In this document: one piece after another, positions 26,732 through 39,100 of the stretch | How positions within the stretch are numbered: position 1 is the stretch's first letter | Layout of the letters: each line of letters begins with the position of its first letter | Assembly (NCBI GenBank): GCA_964016885.1 | Contig: OZ024745.1 | Span: 115,878,001 to 115,942,000, forward strand | Direction of reading: 5' to 3' | Source: Eledone cirrhosa | Taxonomy: Eukaryota | Length of the DNA: 64,000 nucleotides | Notes under the pieces: model-generated | The model's input: only the letters and a program-made list of their open reading frames with translations | What the model was told of the DNA's origin: nothing | The model's database searches: none | Position numbers and translations under genes: made by a program

Positions 26732-27580
26732 CTAGGGCGGGTAAAATTCCCGAGATCCATGGACGAGTTCCCTCCAGCGGTCTCTGTCCCTCATTATCGC
26801 TGCCATATCCTGCGTCTCTAACATACCAGTGTCTGTCGTTAAGGCATCAACATACGTTAATCTTAGTCTTCCTCTTCCAGTGTGTCCATGTAGAGGCTCC
26901 CACAGGAGCACTGAGTGCAATGTCAACTCTGGATGCCGGTGAGCATGTCTAGCTAACTTCAGTCCTCTGTGTCACTTTTGAGCTGACTTTTAGGAGGCTT
27001 CCATACAGCTCTGAGTTTTTCATCCTCAGTGTATACTTATTAATGTTCAGAGCCATCCTCAGCATTCTCGTGTAGCACCCATCCACAATCTGAGTGAGTT
27101 TCTTGGTCATTGTCCAAGTCTCGGACCCGTACAGCAGCACAGACTCCACTACAGCAATGAAGAGGCGGATTTTCAGGTCTTTACGAAGGTACGACTTCTA
27201 CACCAATCTCAATCTGTGGCACGCCGCCCAGACTTTACTCTTCCTCTCAACCACATCATCTTCCGTATTCCCAATCTTTGCTCCCAAATACACGAAGTCC
27301 TCTACCAATTCTAGCGGCTTCCCGCCAACATTAGTCATCCCCTCTGGCTTCTCAACATTCTCTACCAGATATTTTGTTTTAGTCTCATTCATTCTCAGCC
27401 CCTCACTCATCGACACAGTCTCAACCTCCCGCATCAAATCACCTTCCCCTTTTCACTGTATTTGTCACTAAAACTATGACGTCGGCAAATTCAGCATCTG
27501 ATATCTTTTTCGCCTAACTCTCCTGCTCTGAGCCGGTGCTACAGTAAAGCAAGAGTCCTGGTGTTTCTCCAGTGCAAGGC
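26732..27580 (-). mobile_element. RTE-like LINE 3' portion (RT C-terminus), frameshifted
   Basis: GLRMNETKTKY, VEDFVYLG, ESVLLYGSETWTMTKK..DGCYTRMLRMALN, GRGR..TYVD..DRDRWRELV. Confidence 0.85.
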
Positions 27581-27606
27581 GCATACAATAGTCCACTACG
27601 ATATAT

Positions 27607-27643
<37 letters not shown>

Positions 27644-27680
27644 CATACATGTGTGTGTGTGTGTGTGTATATATATGTAT

Positions 27681-27739
<59 letters not shown>

Positions 27740-27748
27740 TTATATATG

Positions 27749-27781
<33 letters not shown>

Positions 27782-27909
27782 TTATATATGTATATATATA
27801 TATTTAGTTATGTAATAAACAACAAAAGATAATTAATTCATTTACCAGTGGTTTCTTGAAGACTGATATTTATATCTATCTTCAGTCGTCAGGTAGAATA
27901 GCATGGAAT

Positions 27910-28020
27910 GTTTTATAAATAGTGACATATCCCAAAACAAGAACTTATAGTTTTAAGTTCTGTTTGAAACAACTTAAAACGATAAGTTCTTGTCTTGGGA
28001 TATGTCACTATTTATAAAAC
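27910..28020. repeat. Fold-back palindrome (~49-bp arms)
   Basis: gttttataaatagtgacatatcccaaaacaagaacttatagttttaagtt / aacttaaaacgataagttcttgtcttgggatatgtcactatttataaaac, 2 mismatches. Confidence 0.95.
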
Positions 28021-28028
28021 AACTTTTG

Positions 28029-28089
28029 TATTTCATCTGATGAGAGCGTACCAAAATTGTTGTACCCTTCAGATATTAATAATAAAATA
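28029..28089 (+). ncRNA. Decayed hammerhead motif (family of 25931 and 32486)
   Basis: tatttcat CTGATGA GAGC-GTAC loop GTAC-CCTT, GAAA replaced by CAGA, then ataaaata; downstream flank matches rc of ~32450-32485. Confidence 0.45.
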
Positions 28090-28919
28090 AATATGGTTTT
28101 ATAAAGATAGTTTCCATTTATTAATATGATTGATATTATACTCCAGAAGAATACTGTAGAGTGCTTCGAATCTGTTATAAATAAATTTGTTTAATAACCA
28201 ACAAATTAAATAACTCTTTGCTTATATATATATATAGAGGGGGGGGGGGGTCACTAAACATTCCTTCATACTTTCTGCTTTCTCCTCGAAAAATGAAGTT
28301 AGATAAAGCGAAAAAACAAACAAAAAATCATGCTTGTCAATAACGGATAGAATTCTTCCAAATAAATACAATTAGCAAAACCAAATAAATTGCTAAGCAC
28401 ATTGCATGAGTTTAATGTACCTGTAAAAGTAATGAACACTCTTGAAACATTCTCCTCTTTACATTTCATGCATTACAACTAAATATCAAAATCTCGTTAG
28501 TATTGTGTTATATACAAAATATGTGCACAAAGATGTCAACTATAAGTAGTTGAATAAAACTCCTATCACTAATGTTATTTACAAATTCCTCTATAGACAT
28601 GGAAATTATAAACATTATAGTTCGCGTTGTTACATAAAAGAGTGTTATTAACTTGATATTCTACAGCGTGATACAGCATCATATTATATTCCATGACTGA
28701 AAACAAATAACTAGAAAGTACTTAAGTGATGAAAGAACTATGTTATATACAATACTGTTTGTATTTGAATACAACCTAATAATATACACCTTATTCTAAT
28801 CTACTTAAAGGTATTCAGAAATGTTCCCCTTGTATAACCACGTACAAACAGTCACATACACTCATACACGGACAAACACACACACTCTGTATATTTTAGA
28901 AAATAGTATATATTTTGAT

Positions 28920-29195
28920 TAACTCTGACACTTGGCAGGTGAACAGTGAGCTGTATTGATGAAGGGTAATCACGCAGAAACATGTGTATGCCGTTCTGTT
29001 TACATGCCAACACAAAAGCAAGAATGAGGGGCTCCTTTTACTGACATGGCTTTTAAAATGTGGCTTGTGTGCATAATTGCAAACGAATCGAATGTTATTA
29101 TTAATGTTCGAAAAACTCAGATTATATTTAGTGTTTTCAGCCATATAGAGCGACATTTTTTTTTTTTTGAATGGGGCAAAGCCAGCCATTTATCG
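28920..29195 (+). mobile_element. Hammerhead-bearing dispersed repeat (retrozyme/PLE-derived), copy 1
   Basis: Homologous to 33135-33500 and 53190-53465; HHR-like core TTGATGA AGGGT aatc ACGCA GAAA CA tg TG TA within extended stem I ttggcaggtgaacag / ctgtttacatgccaa (28932-29010). Confidence 0.7.
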
Positions 29196-30324
29196 TCTCT
29201 ATTTCCATAGTAGAACTCAAAGATTAAATTTTATGTCACTCCACTGGGTATTGTAGTCTGTCCTCTGAAAAGTAGGAGAGGGGGCATACTTTTATTATAT
29301 GTTCGTTGTTATTATAATAATGATAGTTTCAATAAGTTTCTTCTATTGAATAAGTATAATTCTATAACACCATTACATGTCCCAGCCGAAAGGCTGGAGA
29401 CATGTTGGAGGATTGTGTTTAAATACATTTAAATTTAACTTAATATTTGTATTCAATCATAATTTCAAATTTAAACATATGTCAGACCAACGTGATAAAG
29501 ATTGCATTATCTCGTCTCTCTGAATAAAATATTCGGGATTTACTGAGATAAGTTGGTAAAATAGAAAGCAAAGAAGAACATCAACAAAGAGTTAAGGAAT
29601 TCATTCGAATTACACATCTCTCCAGCATACCTCTTAAGGCTTCCCCTCTAAACTAAAACATATCTTTCTGTAATAATATAAAATTAATGAATATAAACAT
29701 GCCGCTAATTCGTATTCTTCCTCCTCCAAACATTATATATACTCTTCAAATATTCGGTGCAATTGAAAACATCAAGTCTTACAAATGACGAAATTTAAGT
29801 TTGAATTTGAGGCAGCAACATTGATTTTACAGGACGGATAAGCGTCGTCGTCGTCGCGCGTCTTTTTCTTCTTCTTCTTCTTCTTCTTCTTCTTCAAAAA
29901 CAATCGGCAGGAGACCTCTGGGTCTTCTGCCGATTGTTTTTGTCCGTAAAATCTGCCCAGGGATTCCATCGTGAGACATTCTAACCAGAAGCCCATAGTA
30001 TCGGAGCTGTGACCAATCAGCGAAGTAGCTGCTCTACATGGAGCAACTTTTATTGATGGATGTTCAATAAAATAAAAATAACTGAAAACTTGATCGATTG
30101 AATTTAATTTAAATATATACTAAATTTGTAACTGACTCTTTCCTTCACCTTCAAACGACGTAATAACCTGTATTGACGTCTCACAAAAGGCCGCAGCTTA
30201 ATTCCCAATTTTTAATCCGAAATGTTTCACTTTTAATAGCCATGAAATAAACACATATAATAGTGTTCTTGAAATAACTACATAACGTGTTGATGTAAGG
30301 TCTCACTCTCCCCGCTCTTGCTCT

Positions 30325-30392
<68 letters not shown>

Positions 30393-30639
30393 TTATCTAC
30401 CTTATCTTTCTACCGTATCTATCTATATATCTATCTATATATCTATCAGCTTTACAAATTGTATATGGATAAATCCAGCAATCAAAATTCAATATTTTCG
30501 ACGGTGGAAGATGATTGGAAAACAGTAAAACAAAAGCAAAAACAAACAAAACAAAACAAACAAATATATATAAGTATATAGAGGAATTCAGCAAATAGTT
30601 TAATTGTAGTTTCCACTACATATTTTCATTTATTGATAT

Positions 30640-30805
30640 AATTGTTTCTACTATTGGCACAAGGCCAGCAATTATCCCAGTGCATTACTGGTACTTTATT
30701 TTATCGACCCGCGTAAGGATGAAAGGCAAAGTTAACCTCGGCGGGATTTGAACTCAGAATGGCAAGGACCGTAACTCTATGCGTCAAGGCATGGCGTCCG
30801 TCCTC
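30640..30805 (-). mobile_element. Octopus-type SINE
   Basis: Reverse complement of family core and tail. Confidence 0.85.
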
Positions 30806-30930
30806 TTAAAAGGCAAGATCTGTTTCATCCTTATATAACTTGTCTAATGAAACAGTTATAATACTATAAAATGTATTTTTAAAATAAATCATTTTCTCAA
30901 TATATCCTTTCTTCTCTTAAATTTATCGTT

Positions 30931-30974
<44 letters not shown>

Positions 30975-30979
<5 letters not shown>

Positions 30980-31523
30980 TTGCAAGGTTTTTGACATGAA
31001 ATCGTGTGTCGAAACAAATATTGTTATAGTTGGGGTGGGTCATATTGTTGTAATATTGCCAGAAATAATAACAGAACACACTCACTGTTTGGTTGGTTTT
31101 CGCTTCTACATCTTTTATATCTCCATAGTTAATTTATTTGGCAATCAATGTTTATCATATAAAAATCATGTAAAAATATAGATATAAATATATATATATA
31201 GTCTATCAAAAATCTTTCGTTGCACATCTGCAACATCATCAGTGGTACTATTATGTTTCCTCCTGTTGTCTACGCCATTTTTTTCTGATAGAGATAGAGG
31301 AAACATAATAGTACCACTGATGATGTTTCAGATGTGCAACGAAAGAACTTTGATAGACTATATATATATATTTATATCTTTATTTTTAACCGTTGGTCAA
31401 TTAATGATAAACATTGATTGCCAAATAAATTAACTATGGAGATATAAAAGATACAGAAGCGAAAACCAACCAAACAGTGACTGTGTACTGCTATTATTTC
31501 AGGCAATATTACAACAATATGAC
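30975..31523. mobile_element. Penelope-like pseudo-LTR fold-back (~220-bp arms) between (TA)n tracts, one hammerhead motif per arm
   Basis: 31041-31262 is the reverse complement of ~31297-31521; plus arm CTGATGA T GTTTCA gatg TGCAAC GAAA GAACTT at 31317-31350, minus arm has a perfect GTTGCA/TGCAAC stem; minus ATG at 31043 opens MTHPNYNNICFDTRFHVKNLAKQ, homologous to the tail at 10920. Confidence 0.75.
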
Positions 31524-31531
31524 ACTCCGAA

Positions 31532-31635
<104 letters not shown>

Positions 31636-32029
31636 GTGTGTGTGTATGCACATTTTATTTGTGTTTATGTATCTTTATATAGTAATATCTATTATTCTTA
31701 CCATCTATTACAATATGTCAGTTTAGATACGCTCATACGAAAGTTTACAAAATATCTGGCAAAGTTTCTTTAATATAGTAAAGCGATGGAATATATTTCT
31801 AAACAGCCACACGCTAATATGGACACAGACACGGAAAATTAGACAGTTAGGTGCACAAGAAATACAACCACGTACGTACATCATCTTTCAGTACATCCAT
31901 GAGCACGTCTGAGTAAATACAATATATAAATTTGCTATTCCATACTTAGCCTTGCATGAATATTTCGTATATATACATACGATGTGTATAGCTTTATATA
32001 TGTATATATTAATTAAAATTATCTAGAAT

Positions 32030-32436
<407 letters not shown>

Positions 32437-32485
32437 GATATTATACGATATTAATAAATGGAAACTATATTTATAAAACCATATT

Positions 32486-32550
32486 TATTTCATTATACAT
32501 ATTTCAGGGATACCAAATTAAATTATGGCATGCCTTCATCAGACAAAATA
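32486..32550 (-). ncRNA. Minimal type I hammerhead ribozyme (intact core)
   Basis: rc: TATTTTGT CTGATGA AGGC-ATGCCA loop TGGTAT-CCCT GAAA T ATGT A TA ATGAAATA; stem I pairs over 8 bp with two GU. Confidence 0.7.
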
Positions 32551-32741
32551 CAATATATAACAGTTTTACAAATAAGCTTTGACGTACCCTTTTAAAATGC
32601 GACCATTATTTTTATCTACTCTAAATACTTGTCGAGTGTTTTATATCAGTTATAAAAATATTTACTTGTTGTATCCCAACAATTTAAATAGAACTTTTGC
32701 ATATATATATATATATATTTATATATTATATATATATATAA

Positions 32742-32913
32742 ATTATTCAAAATGTTATCAATGAAAAATATTCGCATAATCAAAATATATACTTTATTAT
32801 ATATATTTCAAAGGTACTGTGCTCTTTTTTTTCAGGACCTTTGAAATATATATATAATAAAGTATATATTTTGATTATGCGAATATTTTTCATTTGTTAA
32901 CATTTTGAATAAT
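32742..32913. repeat. Fold-back palindrome (~77-bp arms) hinged at a hammerhead stem II remnant
   Basis: attattcaaaatgtta...tttcaaaggtactg / caggacctttgaaa...taacattttgaataat; the arm resembles the 3' half of the HHR family at 25931. Confidence 0.85.
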
Positions 32914-33063
32914 ATTAAAAACTCCAGGAAAAAGTTTTTTTTCTGTTGAGTGCTTCTAATCTATTTTATTTGTTGAGTAATCAACGAACCATATTAATCT
33001 TTGGTTATATATATATATATATATTTATACACACGCACATATATATATATACACACACACACG

Positions 33064-33101
<38 letters not shown>

Positions 33102-33134
33102 TATTCATTTTAGAATATATCATATATTTTCATT

Positions 33135-33500
33135 ATCTCTGACAGTTGGCAGGTAAGCAGTATACTGTACGAAACATTAGTGTCTGCCCTTCTGTTTATA
33201 TACCAATACAAGTGCAAGAATTATGGCGTCGTTCTACTGACATGGCTTTAAAGAGGCTGTTTGCATAATTACAAACGAATCGAACATCATTAGGTGGATT
33301 GGCAGAATTGGTAGAGGGTCGGACATGCTTTCCAGCATAGTTACGTCCCTTTAGGATCTGAGTTCAAATCCCGCCGAGGTTACCTTTGCTTTTCATCCTT
33401 ACGAGGTCGATAAAATAAAGTACCAGTAATGTACTGGGTATTTGCTGGCCTTGTTCCAAAAGTAGAAGCAATTATTAATATTCGAAAAATACAGACGTAT
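33135..33500 (+). mobile_element. Hammerhead-bearing repeat copy 2 (core deleted) interrupted by a SINE at 33292-33476
   Basis: ctctgacagttggcaggtaagcagtatactgtac|gaaacattagtgtc lacks TGATGA-stem II; family sequence resumes (taatattcgaaaaa) after the SINE. Confidence 0.75.
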
Positions 33501-35593
33501 ACAAAGAAATTGTTATATATATATATAACCATGCGTGAATTGATAATTGTCAGAATTAAATTTTGAGACACATTTAATATTACAATACCCAGCCATAAAC
33601 ACATATCCAGACCAATATGTGTTTCTATATATTACATCAATGATGTTTGTTTGCTTTTTGTGCTGTTATGTATAATGCATTCAATTTCGATGGATATTAT
33701 TTCCAGTCTGCTATTTTGCAAAGAGACGCTAATATAAACTCCGAATTATCACACACTTGTGATGTAAGTGGAGAAGTATATAAATTGTAATATGTTGCTG
33801 CTAATAATCACCAATCTCTCCTATGATATGTGGGACGTGAGTTCAGGATGTTGCTAGATGGGCAGGGTTTCTAGTCATTGGAATTGAACAAAATGTAGCA
33901 TGTATTTAGAAATAGGGATAGATCTATGGAGGGGGAAAATAGTAAATGAGAGAAATAAAGAGAAATTGAAAAATATTGATGTATTCGGGAAAGATAGGGA
34001 TTATTTCTAGAGCACGTCCTCTACTTGCGGTCTGACACACCGGACAAGCCCTACCAACACAATACCCATTGACTCCAGTAAAGAACATATATCGCATCGT
34101 GTTTATATCCAGACTCAAACCTCGTTTATACCCTCTTGTTGCGAAAGTACCCAGCGATCCCTGCGTGTTATCCGTACCTAAACGTTATCACTGGTAATCA
34201 AGCTAAACGGAGAGAGGGAAACAATCCACCTACCAGTTGTAAGGTGGCTGAAAGGGATTTGTGATAAATAAGAACGCATCGCTCCCTCTCTCTTCTGTGA
34301 ACCAGGAGCGTATCAATAGTGAAATAGAATGGAAGTAGCAGTCTTTCGAATGAAATGTCAAATAAATCGAAACAACCAAAGCAAACACCGATACCGAACA
34401 AGTTGCTCCCGAAATACCACGTAAAATACGGAAACGTGCGTTGGCTCTTTGAGATTTTAATATTTGAATTAGATTTATTAATTCGTTATTGTTTTGATTA
34501 GATATAAAATATTTCCTGATTAAATTGCTTGTAGTCGACACAGTTTTATCATGTTAAAAGCTGTTTTGTGGGTCGTATATATACATATATCCTTTGTTAT
34601 TATTGTCTGTATCAACTTCATTCGAATGTTTCTGAAGAGTATATGTAGCTACCGTTACTATGTGAAATCTCACATATTGACTCCAGTATGTTGGCCAATC
34701 TAATGCATTATGTTTGTGATTTCATCAGAAACAAGTGATGTAATCAGTTAACAACAATCAGCACCTAAAGGAGTAAATTATATAGCAATTAATATTCCTT
34801 GATATAATAAAAACAAGGCGTATCCTTTACGTTATAAAATATATCGACTATAACATACTCTTTAACGAGGAACTCTCCAGCAGTGACAAAAATAATATTA
34901 CATCATTCCTATTTCAATCAATGAAATAAACTCCGGTTTGATGTTTTCAAATGCTATAGTCATTATAAAATTGGAGAACACAGGATAAGCCATTTTTCTA
35001 TCTGAATAAATCAGTGAAGAAACGTAACGCAATGATGTAAATGATTGTTGTCCAGAATGTATCATTTTGAATTATAGAAATAGAATTCAAATCTTTTGAG
35101 CTTTTACCTTAAGCGAAATAATTTTTCTCTAATAATGTAATTTGACGTAATTCTATCAATGTTAACTGCATATTAAAGAAGGCATACACGCGATGAAAGT
35201 AGATTTGAAGTTTATACCAGCCAAAGATTTATGTTGACTTAACTTAAATCTCATTAAATTGAACGAAAGACAAAATAATTTGAACACTATCGATTGTTGA
35301 AACGGCAACATGCGTTGATAATTAGTGACTAAAATACGGGATGTGAATCGAATTTCTTATACAGGTAGTAATAATGTTAAATACAGAATAAATAGTAAGA
35401 GTTTCTTAAAAACACACGTGCGCGTATGCGTGTGTGTGTATGTGTTAAAGGGAGAAGAGAAAAAGAGAGAGAAAGGGAGAAAGAAAGAACGCGAGCGAAT
35501 GGTAAAATATAAAGAGAATGTCAAAAATGTGCTCCACAAATACATTTGTTGAATTTCCACCGAAGGAAACCATTCGGCAATGATTGGACTTAC

Positions 35594-35694
35594 CAACAAC
35601 GTATATCATATTATCTTTAACACAAGCACAAAATCGTATTCTCGGATTTGGCATCGGTGATTTCTCTCTCCACGTGTCATCGGTAGGATTATAG
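35594..35694 (-). CDS. Kelch-repeat (KLHL-like) protein, internal exon
   Basis: Acceptor cttttatttgtttcag, donor gtaagt; encodes (C)YNPTDDTWREKSPMPNPRIRFCACVKDNMIYVV(G), a canonical Kelch blade; phase-compatible with exon 50893-51124. Confidence 0.85.
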
Positions 35695-36047
35695 CTGAAA
35701 CAAATAAAAGTTTTATATTAGTGCATTAGGATAAAAGTTGTGAGATATTATACTGCAATGAAAATCAGAGTTTCCTGGTATGAGATCTATAACGTTTCCT
35801 ATAAATTTAGTAATAATCACCATACATGATACAACCAAAGATGATAAAACCATACATGATAAAACATAGTAGCAATATATTTGTAGTTGAATGTTTTTAT
35901 CCTACTACTGTTGATGATTTATATAGTTATCGTTTCAGTTTTTTTACAATGCAATCGCGATTATAGTTTCCTGCAATATATATATCAACAAGGGTGGTGC
36001 CCCAGCAGGGCCTCAGCCTGATGGCTGGAACAGGTAAAACAGTAAAA

Positions 36048-36144
<97 letters not shown>

Positions 36145-36199
36145 TGCAAACGAATCGAATGTTATTACAGTGGCATTTATCTTGATTTTTGTTCATACG

Positions 36200-39100
36200 A
36201 GTTATCACCAAGTCACAACCAGTGACCTCAAGATACAGCAAGGTCCGCCATGTTCAAGAAAGAACATACATACACACACATGCATCTTTAGGTATTTAGA
36301 CTTGTGATGTATTTATATTGACAGAATCTTCCTTAGTATATGGGCAGTTCCCATTAGTACTATCTTTTGTATTTCTCCTAGGATTTGTATTTCTCCTGGG
36401 ATTTGCGATAAGTAATCATTAGACCCCTTAGGTATCATTCCTAGAGCGCCTACAACCACTGGTATTGTTTTAGTTCTCAATTTCCACATTTTTCCAATTT
36501 CTATCACCAGGTCCTTATACTTGCTGAATTTTACAAATGTTTTTATAGATACATTCTTGTCTATTGGAACGGACATATCAATTAGCAGGCATACCCTCTT
36601 TTTAAAGTTCTTCAGTATTATATCAGGTCTATTTGTATCTATTTTTCAGTTTGTTTGGATACTAAAGTTCCACTTTTCAAGTACGGGAGGTGGTTGATGC
36701 TTCCACCAATTCTTTTGATGGAGCAGATCAAAATGCTTACACATTATCCAATGTATGTATTGTGCAGCTCTGTCATGCCTGTTTAGGTATTCGGTTGGAG
36801 CTATAGGATTGCACATTGAAATTATATGATCAATGGTCTCCGGTTGTTTTTTACATGCACGGCATAATGGGTTGCATCCATTTTTTTTATTATGTTGGCT
36901 TGGTAATTTTTTGTTGGCAGACACTGATCTTGTGCTGATATAATTAGTCCTTCAGTTTCCGATTTCAGTCCAGAGGATGCCAACCACTGATGGGTTAATG
37001 TTTTGTCAACATCAGGATTGTTAGCTCTTTCTGAGTATTTTCCACACAGAGGCTTTTCTTGCCATTTCTTAGCCAGTTTTTGTAGCAGTTCTTTCTTTGC
37101 AGTTACTTTTACCTGCTTTGCTTTTTCTGTGTTTTTCATTTCAGCAGTAACAAAACTTCTGAAATTTGTAGTCCATTACTGTATCTTTGTGCATCTTTTG
37201 TAATGGAGTATGATCTTTTGATGCTTTCGTCTTTCAAAACGAGTTTGATCATCCAATCACGTGATTCCCTTAGATATGTAGATAATCCAATTGTCGCAGT
37301 TTTCAACGTAATATCTAACTGAATTAACCCACATCCTCCTTCTTTCCTAAGGAGATATATTCTATTTGTATCTGCCTTAGGGTGATGCATTCTGTGCATG
37401 GTTTAGAATTTTCTAATTTTTGTATGAAGCCTACGTATCTCTGTGCTTGACCAGTTGATGACATTTTAATTGTAGGTTACTACTGGTATGGCAAGCGTGT
37501 TTATGGCATCGATCCTATTCCTTGCATGCAATACCGTTCTTAAGATTGCTCTTACTCTGCGATAACATTCCTTCCTTATCATTTCCCTCATTGTCTAGTG
37601 CTTGATTCCGTCTCCCTCACAAACACCTAGATATTTGTAAGTTACCTCTCGATCAAGTTCTCTTATCACATTTCCCCCGATCAAGATTAATGTCTGAACT
37701 TTTCAGTAGCTTTCCTCTGGTGAACGTTGCTTTGGCACATTTATCTAGTCCAAACTCCATTTTAATGTCATCACTGAACTGCTGCTTCACAGTGGATAAT
37801 AGTCCTTGCAATTGTTCATCATTGCAAATAGTTTCAGCTCATCCATGTAGAACAAGTGATTAATGCTTTTGTCATAGACTTTATATCCATGTTTTGTTTC
37901 ATTGAGCATTTTACTTAATGGTATAAGTGCGATGCAGAATAAAAGCGGTGGTAAAGAGTCACCCTGAAAAATTCCACAATTAATATTAACTTCTCCAGCT
38001 TCCAGTGATTTTTTTTCACTATTCAAAAGGAGTGTCGTTTTCCATGTCTTCATACTGAATGACAGGAACCTCCTGAGAACGGGAGATATTTTGAAAATCT
38101 CATTTTTCAATCCAACTGTGTGGCAAACTATCGAATGCTTTTTTGTAATCTATCCAAGCAATTGATAGATTTTTGTATCTATTATGACAGTCTTCCAGTA
38201 TCATTTTGTTAACCAAATGCTGATCTTTACAGCCATATGAGCCTCGTGTACACCCTTTCTGCTCATTGGGAAATAGATCATTTGTTATCAGGGGATCATA
38301 TGTATATTCAGTTAGGACTGATGTTAAAATGTTATATATTGTGGTCAAGCAAGTTATCGGTCTGTAATTTTTGGGATTGTTTGTCTCATCATTCTTCCGA
38401 AGTAGGAACGTAATGCCGTTAACTAGCCATGATGGTATCTTTTCTGGCTCCTTAACCATTTCATTGTAAAGTTGGGCTAACAGCTCATGAGACTCTATGA
38501 AGGCATTTATCCAAAAATGTGGCATTTCGTCTTTTCCTGGGGATTTCCATTTGCTGGTTTTTCTAAGAGCCAAACGCAACTGTTCAACTGTTATATTTTC
38601 CCATGTTTGTTCCTCAAGGTGAGTTGTATATTTCATTTGTCTGTCTATCCATGGGGCATGTATATTATAAACTTTTTCTTCGGTTTAGATCTTTTCACAG
38701 AATTCTTGTACTTCCTCCTTGGGTGGTATTGATTTAGCAGTTATTGTTGACTTGCCAATTTTTCTGTAGAAGTTTCTTTGGTTGTTTTTGAACATATTAT
38801 TGTCCTTATAGAATCTAGATCGTTTTTCAAAGCGTCTTATACGAGCAGCTTTGGTCGACACTTTTTGCTTGATTATTTCTATCAGCATGTCTATGACACT
38901 TGTTGATTTTATACTGTATTTTCTTTTCAATTTTCTAAGTTTAGTTTGTTTAACATGTTCACCTACTTTATAGTTTGTTAACATTTCTGTCAGATCGGAG
39001 AAGGTTTATTTGACGATTGATGTTATCTTGCCAAGTAGGTTTCTTGTGGGAATTCCTTTGTTTTTTTCATTTTCACTCCACATAAGTGAGTAGTGACTTT

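Noticed and set aside
27835-27900. Hammerhead on the minus strand (CTGACGA-CTGAAGA...TCTTCAA-GAAAC)
   Set aside because: Core and stem II are suggestive but proximal stem I does not pair; at best a decayed copy
33990-34270. Next Kelch exon downstream of 35594
   Set aside because: Phase-1 candidates (GTDNTQG..., GGLFPSLRLA*) lack Kelch motifs; the plus strand looks more like a decayed LINE 3' end, too weak to call
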